Origin: Rhodothermales bacterium
GTDB lineage: Bacteria; Bacteroidota; Rhodothermia; Rhodothermales; Bin80
DNA: 64,000 nucleotides
Direction of reading: 5' to 3'
NCBI GenBank assembly: GCA_965219915.1
Contig: OZ244794.1
Location: forward strand, 849,118-913,117
The position numbers were made by a program, and so were the translations under genes. Of the stretch, positions 20,076-29,857 are shown in pieces. Within the stretch, counting starts at the first letter, position 1. Each line of letters starts with the position of its first letter. The notes below the pieces were generated by a model. It did not search any database. It was not told the DNA's origin and worked only from the letters and a program-made list of their open reading frames with translations.

Positions 20076-20987
20076 TCAACGAATGAAGTGAATCTGTGGG
20101 CGCCGCCGCAAGTGGTAGTACTGTGTCAGCACAGGGCCGAAGGTGCGCTTGAATTCTGCTATAGAGGGAGTATTTGCACCTACAAAATCGAACTTAGCTA
20201 TGCCTGACGCATGCAGAATTGTGAGCACCTCGCCAATCAGTACCGTCATTGCCGGTCCCGGAATGCTGCCCGCAATCCAGTAATGTGCTGTGCGACCATC
20301 ATGAAGGATTACTACCCCGCCCTCAACGGTATCATTGCGTATGGCTGCAAACGCGCGCGCACGTGGCCCCATGGCCGTCGCCACGGCTTCTAGTGCTTCC
20401 GGTTTGCCGGGCATGCGGCGTTCGTGTCTCCCGTAGCTCTTTACACATAGGTCAATGATCGTGCGTAAGTGACACGGGCCTTCCTCAATTCTGTAGCTGG
20501 ACGTTTTTGATCGCCAGGTCCGGCGTGCACCTTCTGACCAGTCTTCAATGTTACTCGGGAGGTCAATCATGTACGTGAAGAGTGGTCGAACATCCCAGCC
20601 GCGCCATTGTGCGGTACGCGGATCTTTCAACTTAACCAGAAGGTCGGCGCTTTGGGCATGCTGCTCGGTATGCTCTAGTAGGTGATCCAGGGAGGTAGCC
20701 TGCCTGTGCACTTGGTGCGCAAGTGCGGGTTTGCCCAGAAGTAGCGCAGAATATTGTGTAGAAGGGGGTACGATCACACGCCGAAGAGGACCACGCCCTT
20801 TTGTGTGCAGCAGCAGCGCGGCATCATCGCCGCTAAAATGCATGGAAGAACGCAGGCCGTATGCTTCATTAACGGCTTTTGCGTACTGCAAAGACGCGAA
20901 CACCGTACGCTCGGGAGCCTCCTCCCAGAGTGCATGGTAACGCGCGCACGCATCAGCGTTGTCCAGATTGTATGGCGGGGAAATCAC
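20076..20987 (-). CDS. FemAB-like / GNAT-fold acyl(aminoacyl)transferase
   Basis: Two-lobed GNAT-like layout. The C-terminal FDFVGANTPSIAEFKRTFG is typical of FemAB-related (Acetyltransf_6-type) proteins found in exopolysaccharide loci. Confidence 0.65.
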   Translation of the reverse strand: MISPPYNLDNADACARYHALWEEAPERTVFASLQYAKAVNEAYGLRSSMHFSGDDAALLLHTKGRGPLRRVIVPPSTQYSALLLGKPALAHQVHRQATSLDHLLEHTEQHAQSADLLVKLKDPRTAQWRGWDVRPLFTYMIDLPSNIEDWSEGARRTWRSKTSSYRIEEGPCHLRTIIDLCVKSYGRHERRMPGKPEALEAVATAMGPRARAFAAIRNDTVEGGVVILHDGRTAHYWIAGSIPGPAMTVLIGEVLTILHASGIAKFDFVGANTPSIAEFKRTFGPVLTQYYHLRRRPQIHFIR

Positions 20988-20999
20988 CGGCCAGCCAGG

Positions 21000-22370
21000 C
21001 TACAAGATATACTGGCTCAGATCGCGATTGCGCGCGATGGAACCAAGGTAAAGTTCAACGTCACTGGCGTCCATATTGACCGTCTTCGGACAAGAGCCAT
21101 CAGACTCGAAGAGTAATTCTTCAAGCAGCGTGGTCATAATTGTATGGAGTCTTCGGGCTCCGATATTTTCCACATCGGCATTGACCATGGCTGCTGTTTT
21201 GGCGATCATTTTGACCGCATCATCCGTGAAATTGAGGGTCACATTTTCGGCTTCCAGAAGGGCCCGGTATTGTTTGAGCAAAGCATTGCGTGGCTGCGTG
21301 AGAATACGGTAGAAGTCCTCCTCAGTGAGACTGTGCATCTCTACTCGAATGGGGAAGCGTCCCTGCATTTCGGGAATCAGGTCACTCGGTTTGGCTACAT
21401 GGAATGCTCCACTGGCGATGAACAGGATATGATCTGTTTTAATCATACCGTGTTTGGTGGTGACTGTGGCTCCTTCAACCAGGGGAAGCAAGTCTCTCTG
21501 AACCCCTTCACGGGAGACATCCGGCCCTCCGGTGCCCTTGCTTGAGCGACTGGCCACCTTGTCAATTTCGTCGATGAATACGATACCGGAATCTTCGACA
21601 CGTTTGATGGCTTCTTGCGTCACGTGGTCCAGGTCAATAAGTTTGAGGGCCTCTTCCTTGGTCAGTAGTTCTTCGGCTTCCGAAATTTTCAGGCGGCGTT
21701 TTTTGCGTTGTTTGCCCCCAAAATTGCCAAGCATATCTTGAATGTTCACCCCCATTTCCTCCATACCCATAGGTCCAAACACCTGCAGCATAGGCGAGGA
21801 ATGATCACTTTGGACCTCGATCTCGATCTCGCGGTTGGCGAGACGCCCATCTTTCAGGCGTTCACGAAATCTAGTTCGCGTTGTGGATTCTGCCGGTTCG
21901 GGGGTTTCTGTATGCCCGTTGTCTGCATCCAAAGCGTTAACGGGTGGAGGAGGCATAATTACATTGAGAACACGCTCGCGTGCAAGTTCACGTGCCCGGT
22001 CCTGAACTCGTTCTTCGTGCTCCTGGCGCACGAGCCGGATGGCACGGTCTGCCAGGTCACGGATCATGCTTTCCACGTCGCGTCCCACATACCCCACCTC
22101 GGTGAATTTTGTAGCTTCAACCTTGACAAAGGGGGCATCAACCAGCCGTGCAAGTCTACGGGCGATTTCCGTTTTGCCTACCCCGGTAGGCCCCATGAGG
22201 ATAATGTTACTGGGCAAAATCTCGTCTTGCAAATCATCAGGCACCTGTTGCCGGCGCCAGCGATTACGCAGTGCAATTGCCACGGTACGTTTGGCTTCTG
22301 ACTGGCCGATGATGTAGTTGTCCAACTCAGCCACTATTTCCCGCGGCGTAAGTTCTGAGTGCGTCATCAT
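21000..22370 (-). CDS. hslU: ATP-dependent protease ATPase subunit HslU
   Basis: LTPREIVAELDNYIIGQ, Walker A GPTGVGKTEIARRLA, IVFIDEIDK, and an I-domain insertion. Confidence 0.95.
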   Translation of the reverse strand: MMTHSELTPREIVAELDNYIIGQSEAKRTVAIALRNRWRRQQVPDDLQDEILPSNIILMGPTGVGKTEIARRLARLVDAPFVKVEATKFTEVGYVGRDVESMIRDLADRAIRLVRQEHEERVQDRARELARERVLNVIMPPPPVNALDADNGHTETPEPAESTTRTRFRERLKDGRLANREIEIEVQSDHSSPMLQVFGPMGMEEMGVNIQDMLGNFGGKQRKKRRLKISEAEELLTKEEALKLIDLDHVTQEAIKRVEDSGIVFIDEIDKVASRSSKGTGGPDVSREGVQRDLLPLVEGATVTTKHGMIKTDHILFIASGAFHVAKPSDLIPEMQGRFPIRVEMHSLTEEDFYRILTQPRNALLKQYRALLEAENVTLNFTDDAVKMIAKTAAMVNADVENIGARRLHTIMTTLLEELLFESDGSCPKTVNMDASDVELYLGSIARNRDLSQYIL

Positions 22371-23374
22371 CGAACTATCGGTGAGTTGCTGCTGTTTTCT
22401 CTGCTATTACCAAGATCCTGATTGTAATAGAGACTGTCCTGTTCCTCGTCGAAGTCGGTGTACTCACCATCGTCGTAGCCCTGTTCGCCCGCGTGAAGCG
22501 CGAGAACATTGGGATGATCGTGGTTGATAAGCAGCACGGTGTAGTCATAGGGATATCCCCGACGCTTTTCTAGCCATACTGCACCCGCCTCGTTAAGGTC
22601 ACCAACCAGTGCCTTGGGGTCATCATCACCGCCGAGTGCTTCTGAAAGTTTGCGCAGAAGTGGCGTGAGATAGACCTCTTCATACTGGCCGAAAAAGCGA
22701 TCAATAACTTCAAGCGCCAGCAGCGAAGTTTCGTTTGTAACCGCAGCCATTTTTTCGGGGGGCGGACCGGCTTCGGCCGTTCGATGAGGCTGGTCAGATG
22801 CGGGGCGAACGGGTTCACCAGCGTGTAGGTGAGCGGGTTGTGACGTCTGTTCAAGGAGCGTATTGGCGTCAATGAAAAGGTCTGAGTGCTCCACCGATCT
22901 TGTAGGATCAGGGGATTGGAACGTGATCACTACTCCTCGAAAACCACTTTGCTGACAAAACTTCATCAGAGGGAGGTAGAGTCGATCCCCGGTAACCAGG
23001 ATAATGACTGTTATATCCCTCTGGGACTGGAGCGTGTTCATGATGTCAACGCAAATCTGGATTTCTGATGCGTTCGCCTGCAAAGAGGCCGGTACGAACC
23101 TCGGCTCTACTCCAGCCAAGTAAAGGCTTTGCTGAATCTGCTGCCCAACTGCTCCAATGGTGGCAAAGTCTGCGTAGGCAACGGATGAGACCAAACTGAC
23201 ACGCATACCTTCCATGTATTGCGAGACTGCGGTCAGTAGTTCGCTGGCCTTGGTTTCGGGGTTGGATTGCTGGGCATCGTGATGCTTTATGTAGTCAAAA
23301 AGATTTTCGTAGTCTACAAACATAAAAGCACGTTGCACAGTACGGGTTGGGTGTTGATTTCCTATAGTTCTCAT
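22367..23374 (-). CDS. NYN/LabA-like domain protein with a C-terminal helical domain and an acidic tail
   Basis: FMFVDYENL, ICVDIMN and VIILVTGDRLYLPL match the NYN (PIN-like) layout. The stop overlaps the hslU start as ATGA. Confidence 0.7.
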   Translation of the reverse strand: MRTIGNQHPTRTVQRAFMFVDYENLFDYIKHHDAQQSNPETKASELLTAVSQYMEGMRVSLVSSVAYADFATIGAVGQQIQQSLYLAGVEPRFVPASLQANASEIQICVDIMNTLQSQRDITVIILVTGDRLYLPLMKFCQQSGFRGVVITFQSPDPTRSVEHSDLFIDANTLLEQTSQPAHLHAGEPVRPASDQPHRTAEAGPPPEKMAAVTNETSLLALEVIDRFFGQYEEVYLTPLLRKLSEALGGDDDPKALVGDLNEAGAVWLEKRRGYPYDYTVLLINHDHPNVLALHAGEQGYDDGEYTDFDEEQDSLYYNQDLGNSRENSSNSPIVR

Positions 23375-23387
23375 TATTCTGAATTAT

Positions 23388-23957
23388 CTATTTATTGTGC
23401 GTAGTTGACTGGTTATCAATCTCAACTACAGTCAGAAAGCTATTTGTGTAGACGCAAATATCCGCTGCTACACCAAGTGCGTCTGTTACAACCTCCTTGG
23501 CAGTCAATTGGGGGGCGTGTTTGATCATGGCACGGGCGGCGGCCAGCGCATACGGCCCCCCGCTGCCAATTGCAACGATATCATCATCCGGTTCTATGAT
23601 GTCACCGCTGCCGCTAATGAGTAGGAGGCGTTCGTTCGACCCGACGGCCAATAATGCCTCCAAGCGGCGCAAATACCGATCCGTGCGCCAGTCCTTGGCA
23701 AGCTCCACGGCGGCGCGTACAAGATTTCCTCCATACTGCTGGAGCTTTTCTTCGAATCGCTCAAACAGCGTGAAAGCATCTGCAGTCGAGCCGGCAAATC
23801 CAGCGAGCACTTTGCCCTCAAACAGTCGTCGCACTTTCTGGGCTTTGTGTTTCATTACGATATCGCCCAAGGTTGCTTGCCCGTCGGATCCCAATGCCAC
23901 CTTACCACCGCGGCGTACACCTATTACTGTAGTACCGTGTAGGATTGCCTCGCTCAT
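23388..23957 (-). CDS. hslV: ATP-dependent protease subunit HslV
   Basis: [48 protein letters not shown]. Confidence 0.95.
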   Translation of the reverse strand: MSEAILHGTTVIGVRRGGKVALGSDGQATLGDIVMKHKAQKVRRLFEGKVLAGFAGSTADAFTLFERFEEKLQQYGGNLVRAAVELAKDWRTDRYLRRLEALLAVGSNERLLLISGSGDIIEPDDDIVAIGSGGPYALAAARAMIKHAPQLTAKEVVTDALGVAADICVYTNSFLTVVEIDNQSTTHNK

Positions 23958-24131
23958 AAAAAATTCTATATATGTGAGGCCCCCAAACGCGAATCTCGAA
24001 CTCTAGTAAAATATTTCGCTGGGGGAAATGTACCCTGTTCTAGAGCGAAGTATACACGGGATGATCTCCTGCTGTTCCCAACAGATTGGACCATTGGAAA
24101 CCTCCTCTTTCACAAGCCTCACGGTACTGAC

Positions 24132-25592
24132 TCAGTTGTAGCGCTGGACCAGTGAGTTCACAAATGATTCCTGGATCGAGTGAATGGGGCTGTGACGGCC
24201 GTGGAAATGATTCGCAAAAATCACGAAAGCCAACATAGTCCCATCTTCCCGCATTACGTACCCCGCTAGAGCGCTCACATTTCCAAGGGATCCCGTCTTG
24301 GCGCGGACGCGCCCGAATCCAGCCGCATTCCCTGTGAATCGATACTCAAGGGTTCCGTCCTTCCCGCCGACAGCCAATGAAGTCAAAAAGGATTCTCTGA
24401 TGCTAGTGTCGGGATGCAGTGCCATATATCGGAGCAGTTTCATGGTCATTGCAGGCGTTACCAGGTTTTTCCGGGAAAGACCAGAGCCATCCACCAGTTG
24501 GAGTCTGGAAGTGTCAATTCTAGCTGCGTCATACGTTCGCATGGCAGCAGCTACTCCCATAGCGGCTGAACCGGGCTCAGAATCTTCTTCCGGATCCGGG
24601 TACTCAACCCCCAGCGTTTTCAGCAAGTGCTCGGCATAAAGATTGTGGCTCTCCTTGTTTATGGTGGCAACCAACTCGGACAGCGGAGCGGAAGTATGTC
24701 GTGCGACTACGCGGGCATTCTGATAATCAAGTGCAGTCGACAGACTATCTACATCAACGGATTTTCCCCCGACAAGAATACCCCGGGAATCCAGTAAAGT
24801 CCGCAGCCCGTGAACGAAATAGAGCGTTGGATTGTGAACGGACAGCTCTTCGGGGTCAGAATATCCAAGCGGAACCGCACTCGAAATTGTGATATGATTT
24901 GAATTAGGCTCACGCGCATGTCCTTCTTCAAGTTCTTGTCCGCGGGGAAGGGTCACCGACCGGTTGTGGAAAATGAAATAATCCATCAGTTCAGGCGTGA
25001 CAGATAACTGGCCTGGTGTGCCGGGCTGGGTTGGATGCACCTCCACCTCCACAATGGCGTCGTAGAAAGTCAGTCCGCTGACCTGTGGGGCGTAACCGTA
25101 TACAAGGTCGTCCCAGCTCCAGTCCGCGCCAAGCGGAATGTCATCAAACACGTTATCATCCCCAATCACATGGCCGTTTATTTCGCGTATTCCAAGAGCG
25201 TGTAAAGAATCTGCAAAGGCATTGAACAGGTCCATGTGATCCGGGCCTGGGGCGCCGGTGGAGGGATCGCCCGCCCCACGTATGACCAAGTTTCCTTGCA
25301 ATGCATGGGAAATCTGAGGACCGTCCGCATACAGCTGAGTAACATAGCGGTAGTCGGGGCCTAGTTGATCCAGTGCCGCTGCAGTTGTGAACAGTTTCGT
25401 AACTGAAGCAGGCATAAAACTATGCTCAACATTCCGCATGAAGAGTGTGTCTCCCGTGGATACTTCTGTAACCATGGCACCCCACCATGTGTAAGGACGG
25501 ACATCAAGGATGGAGTCAAGTACACTTTGTGCTCGACACACGCCGATTGAGAGTACGAACGATACAGCAAGGCAGGTTACAAATTGTGGCAT
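24132..25592 (-). CDS. dacB: D-alanyl-D-alanine carboxypeptidase/endopeptidase (PBP4, S13 family)
   Basis: SxxK = SVTKL, SxN region DGSGLSRKN, KTG = KTGSL. Start placed at ATG 25592 (MPQFVTCLAV, signal peptide). Confidence 0.85.
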   Translation of the reverse strand: MPQFVTCLAVSFVLSIGVCRAQSVLDSILDVRPYTWWGAMVTEVSTGDTLFMRNVEHSFMPASVTKLFTTAAALDQLGPDYRYVTQLYADGPQISHALQGNLVIRGAGDPSTGAPGPDHMDLFNAFADSLHALGIREINGHVIGDDNVFDDIPLGADWSWDDLVYGYAPQVSGLTFYDAIVEVEVHPTQPGTPGQLSVTPELMDYFIFHNRSVTLPRGQELEEGHAREPNSNHITISSAVPLGYSDPEELSVHNPTLYFVHGLRTLLDSRGILVGGKSVDVDSLSTALDYQNARVVARHTSAPLSELVATINKESHNLYAEHLLKTLGVEYPDPEEDSEPGSAAMGVAAAMRTYDAARIDTSRLQLVDGSGLSRKNLVTPAMTMKLLRYMALHPDTSIRESFLTSLAVGGKDGTLEYRFTGNAAGFGRVRAKTGSLGNVSALAGYVMREDGTMLAFVIFANHFHGRHSPIHSIQESFVNSLVQRYN

Positions 25593-25605
25593 AGAATGGG
25601 GACTG

Positions 25606-26430
25606 CTAATTATTTGAAAGGGACTCGAGTACAATTCCTGCGGAGTCCGGTCGATTCAGGATAACGAACGCAAAGTGCGCGGTACTTAGGGGTGCGGCGG
25701 GGGTCACTTTAATCTGCCAGTAATTACTGCCTGCCTGGCGATTAGACTCAAGGACAGTACCAATGGGCATATTCGGAGGAAATATCCCACTGGCCTCATG
25801 TGTAACTACACGCTGTCCTTGCTGAACATCTGCGCTAACGACAATTTCCTTGAGCTCCAGCACATCGGGCTCATTGCTTCCCCCTGAGATGATCCCTATG
25901 ACGCGAAGTGTATCAATCATGGCAGGCACATGAAATTGCGAGTGGAGGTGCGGCAACACGGTGCTGTAGTTACGACTGACATCAATCACACGCCCCAGAA
26001 TTCCCAAGTGACTGACAACGGCCATGTTGACCTCCACGCCGTCGACGCTGCCGACATCAAGGGTGAAAAAATTCGTTGTCCCGAACGGTTCGCGTGCGAC
26101 GATGCGTGCGGCCATGGTCTCGAGACCACTGTTATTCTTCCAATCCAGGGCCTGGCGCAGAACTTGATTCTCGAGATCCACAACGCGCAACCGGGCCAAC
26201 TCACTGGTATGTCTGAGATGGGCATCTCTGAGCGTTTGATTTTCATTAAAGGCGCGCAGTGCCATCGCAGCCCAAGCCATTCGGTATTCAACTGTACCAG
26301 CAATTTGTAATGCTTGACTACGAACCCCTCGCATGAGTGGCCGATTAGCATTGGTCATAAATATGACCGAGACTATCAGCAATGCGGACAAAAGAGCATA
26401 ATCGCGCAGACGGTACCACAGGTCAATCAT
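25606..26430 (-). CDS. mreC: rod shape-determining protein MreC
   Basis: N-terminal TM segment, a coiled-coil region (LRDAHLRHTSELARLRVVDLENQVLRQAL) and beta-rich C-terminal domains, directly downstream of mreB. Confidence 0.85.
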   Translation of the reverse strand: MIDLWYRLRDYALLSALLIVSVIFMTNANRPLMRGVRSQALQIAGTVEYRMAWAAMALRAFNENQTLRDAHLRHTSELARLRVVDLENQVLRQALDWKNNSGLETMAARIVAREPFGTTNFFTLDVGSVDGVEVNMAVVSHLGILGRVIDVSRNYSTVLPHLHSQFHVPAMIDTLRVIGIISGGSNEPDVLELKEIVVSADVQQGQRVVTHEASGIFPPNMPIGTVLESNRQAGSNYWQIKVTPAAPLSTAHFAFVILNRPDSAGIVLESLSNN

Positions 26431-26552
26431 ACTATCGGGAGGTTTGAGCCACTAACGATGTGATGCCGACCTTCCAGGCATTTTTGTCCTCGACGTGCAG
26501 GGCATCGTAGAATGCAACCATCTGGAGCATCCCCCTTCGTCTATATTTTGGC

Positions 26553-27563
26553 CTACAGCAAGATGTCGGAGTACGCTGGTACGTTTTCCAGAACCTTGCC
26601 GGTTCCACGCGCCACGGCGGTGAAGGGATCATCTGCCGTGTACACGGGAAGATCAACACGATTACGAATAATAACATCCATTCCTTTCAGGAGGGCGCCT
26701 CCACCGGTTAGCATGATGCCCCGTTCAAGGATATCTGCTCCCAGTTCCGGGGGTGTCGCTTCAAGGCATGCCATAACGGCCGATGTGATGTTACTGACGG
26801 TCGAGCTGATTGCAGTGCGCACATCCTCGGACGTGATCGTATGTACTTTCGGCATGCCGCTGCTCGAGTCCTGTCCGCTGATGAACAGCTCTAGTTCGGG
26901 TTCCATAACGATCGCGCTGCCGACCTCTCGTTTAATCCGTTCAGCAGTGCGCTGTCCGATGATCAGGTTGTGATAATACTTGAGGTAGGCTAAAATGGCC
27001 GCATCAATCTCGTTCCCTCCGGTACGTATCGATTGATCTATTACGATGCCGTTGAGTGCGATGACCGCGATTTCGGTTGTGCCTCCCCCGATGTCCACGA
27101 TCATATTTCCAATGGGCTCATGGACTTTGAGGCCAATCCCGATGGCCGCCGCCATGGGCTCCGCGATCAGATGCACTTTCCTTGCACCGGCATGCTCAGC
27201 ACTGTCGCGGACCGCCCGCTTTTCAACTTCTGTTGTTCCGCTGGGAATGCAGATGACCATCTGCCGAATCGTTTTCAACCATCCGGTCTGGACTTTTCTA
27301 ATCAGACCACGGATGAGTTGCTCAGCCAACTCAAAATCGGCGATTACTCCATCCTTGAGTGGATGCACAGTCTCAATTTTGCGGTGTGTCTTTTCGTGCA
27401 TTGGCAATGCATCATTGCCAATGGCGAGTACTTTGTTAGTTTGGCGGTCAACTGCGACGATACTGGCTTCGCTAAGGACAATACCCTGCCCCTTCACGTA
27501 AACTAATGTGTTGGCCGTACCAAGATCCACGGCTACGTCAGTATTCAGACTGTAGAATGGCAT
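26553..27563 (-). CDS. mreB: rod shape-determining protein MreB
   Basis: [38 protein letters not shown]. Start trimmed to ATG 27563. Confidence 0.95.
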   Translation of the reverse strand: MPFYSLNTDVAVDLGTANTLVYVKGQGIVLSEASIVAVDRQTNKVLAIGNDALPMHEKTHRKIETVHPLKDGVIADFELAEQLIRGLIRKVQTGWLKTIRQMVICIPSGTTEVEKRAVRDSAEHAGARKVHLIAEPMAAAIGIGLKVHEPIGNMIVDIGGGTTEIAVIALNGIVIDQSIRTGGNEIDAAILAYLKYYHNLIIGQRTAERIKREVGSAIVMEPELELFISGQDSSSGMPKVHTITSEDVRTAISSTVSNITSAVMACLEATPPELGADILERGIMLTGGGALLKGMDVIIRNRVDLPVYTADDPFTAVARGTGKVLENVPAYSDILL

Positions 27564-27626
27564 GCGGGCGCGCTTTCCAGAAAAACCAGCAGGACGAGAC
27601 TTAAGATACACTTCTGTGGTTGGTTA

Positions 27627-29195
27627 TCAATGTCGAAAATGCCTTCTTCCGGTGAACACCATGGCCATGCTGCGTGAATCTGCTGCAGCAATCACTTCCT
27701 TATCCCTCACCGATCCACCGGGCTGGACTGCTGCGACAGCTCCACCGTCTGCCGCAGCAAGCAGGCCATCAGGAAATGGATAAAACGCATCAGAAGCAAC
27801 GACGCAGCCTTCGAAGCTCAAGCCGGACTTGGTGCCCTTTGCCAAGGCGATCTCAGAAGAATCTATTCGACTCATCTGACCGGCTCCAATTCCCAATGTT
27901 CGTTGATCTTTGGCATAGACAATCGCGTTACTCTTCACATGTTTGGCTACGCGCCAGGCAAACCTGAGGTCGAGAAGTTCACGTTGCGTCGGTGTTCGAT
28001 TTGTGACCGGTGTAAACGAGTCCTTATCGGCCGGGCTGTCAATGGTCTGGCATAGCAGCCCGTCAAGTACCTCGCGCATCTGATATCCTTCACTGGGAAC
28101 AGGTTTGAATGTAATAATTCGACGATTCTTTTTTTCCTGAAGCAATGCCAATGCATCATCATCAAAGGATGGTGCAATGACCAATTCCGTAAAGATACGC
28201 CCAACAGCTTTTGCTACATCAATGCTGCAGGGTTTATTCATGACCACAATGCCCCCAAAAGGTGATTGTGTATCGGTTGCAAAGGCGTGCTGCCAAGCCT
28301 CCAGGAGTGTTCCAGCAGTTGAAACGCCGCAGGGATTGGTGTGCTTTAGAATAGCTATAGTTGGACCTTCATCGGTAAACTCCTGGATAAGAGCCAGCGC
28401 TGCATCCAGGTCAATCAGGTTGTTGTACGAGAGTGCTTTTCCGTGGAGTTTAGTAATCCTGTCATCCAGGTTCCCATAGAACGCGGCATTCTGGTGAGGA
28501 TTCTCTCCGTAACGCAGCGTAGCCTTACTGGAGAGATGTATGCTCACATGCGCGGGGAGCGGGCTTTCCTGATCATTTCCAAAGTAGGCGGAGATAGCCT
28601 GATCATAAGCAGCCGTTCGCGTAAAGGCCATGCGTGCCAGCCGACGTCTGAGGGCTAGTGAGAGATGTCCATGTGCATTACCCAGTGATGTCAATATATC
28701 TCCGTATTCGTCCGGCGACGTGACCACCGCTACGTAAGCAAAGTTCTTGGCTGCGGCCCGCACCATAGCAGGCCCACCAATGTCAATGTTTTCTGCAGCA
28801 ATGGCATCGCTAATGTCGGGTTGTTTAATCGCCTCGGTAAAGGGGTAAAGGTTGACCACAACAAGTTCAAACGGTTGTATACCGTGCAGGTCCAGATCTT
28901 TCCGATCGTCTTTCGCATTCTGTCTGGCAAGAATCCCGGCGTGGATTGCTGGATGAAGCGTCTTAACTCTCCCTCCGAGCATAGCCGGTGCTTTAGTGAC
29001 TTCGGCAACATCTACCACTTCCAATCCGGCGGAACGCAGATGTCTGGCAGTACCCCCGGAAGAGACAAGCTCAATTCCGTACGCTTGGAGCCCTTCTGCG
29101 AACGGGATCAATTCCTTCTTGTCGTAGACCGACAACAGGGCACGGCAGGGGCGCACCCCATCGGGGACAGGTAAATTCAGTGGATCAATCGTCAT
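27627..29195 (-). CDS. purH: bifunctional AICAR formyltransferase / IMP cyclohydrolase
   Basis: [24 protein letters not shown], and full-length PurH collinearity. Confidence 0.95.
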   Translation of the reverse strand: MTIDPLNLPVPDGVRPCRALLSVYDKKELIPFAEGLQAYGIELVSSGGTARHLRSAGLEVVDVAEVTKAPAMLGGRVKTLHPAIHAGILARQNAKDDRKDLDLHGIQPFELVVVNLYPFTEAIKQPDISDAIAAENIDIGGPAMVRAAAKNFAYVAVVTSPDEYGDILTSLGNAHGHLSLALRRRLARMAFTRTAAYDQAISAYFGNDQESPLPAHVSIHLSSKATLRYGENPHQNAAFYGNLDDRITKLHGKALSYNNLIDLDAALALIQEFTDEGPTIAILKHTNPCGVSTAGTLLEAWQHAFATDTQSPFGGIVVMNKPCSIDVAKAVGRIFTELVIAPSFDDDALALLQEKKNRRIITFKPVPSEGYQMREVLDGLLCQTIDSPADKDSFTPVTNRTPTQRELLDLRFAWRVAKHVKSNAIVYAKDQRTLGIGAGQMSRIDSSEIALAKGTKSGLSFEGCVVASDAFYPFPDGLLAAADGGAVAAVQPGGSVRDKEVIAAADSRSMAMVFTGRRHFRH

Positions 29196-29814
29196 GTGTT
29201 TTTATAGGTTGAATTATCACGCGTCGACCTTTGATCTGAACGCGCCCCTGGGCAATTAAATCAATTGCCTCAGGAAAAATCTTATGTTCAACGGCCAAGA
29301 CACGCTCAGCAAGGGAGTCTGGTGTATCGTCCGGTAGCACGGGCACCTTTTTCTGCATCAGGATAGGACCAGTGTCATATTCTTCATCCACAAAATGGAC
29401 CGTCGCTCCGCTGAAAGATTCCTTGGCCTCCAGCACCGCTGTATGTACACGGTGTCCATAGAGCCCCTTTCCTCCAAAACGTGGCAGCAGTGCGGGGTGA
29501 ATATTCAGGATACGTCCCCAGAACGCTTCTACAACCGGCGCAGGGATTTTGCATAGATATCCGGCGAGTGCGATCAGGTCTATTTTTTCGGCATGCAGGA
29601 GATCAATTAGAGCATTTGCGTACAGCTTGTCGCTCTCAAAAGCTCGGGGGGAGAGCACTTGTGCGGGCACGTCGAGCGCACGGGCGCGGTCAAGAACGCC
29701 AGCCTTGGATCTGTTGCAAACTACCAACGTGACACGATAATTACGGGCATTTTCAGCGATTGCCTGAAAATTTGATCCTCCGCCGGAGGCGAATACAGCG
29801 ACACGCAGATTCAT
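29185..29814 (-). CDS. purN: phosphoribosylglycinamide formyltransferase
   Basis: RVAVFASGGGSNFQAI, NIHPALLPRFGGKGLYG. Start trimmed to ATG 29814. Overlaps the purH start by 11 nt. Confidence 0.9.
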   Translation of the reverse strand: MNLRVAVFASGGGSNFQAIAENARNYRVTLVVCNRSKAGVLDRARALDVPAQVLSPRAFESDKLYANALIDLLHAEKIDLIALAGYLCKIPAPVVEAFWGRILNIHPALLPRFGGKGLYGHRVHTAVLEAKESFSGATVHFVDEEYDTGPILMQKKVPVLPDDTPDSLAERVLAVEHKIFPEAIDLIAQGRVQIKGRRVIIQPIKTHDD

Positions 29815-29857
29815 GCACAAGCCATCGGTAATACCCAGGGTTGACAAGAATAGGACA

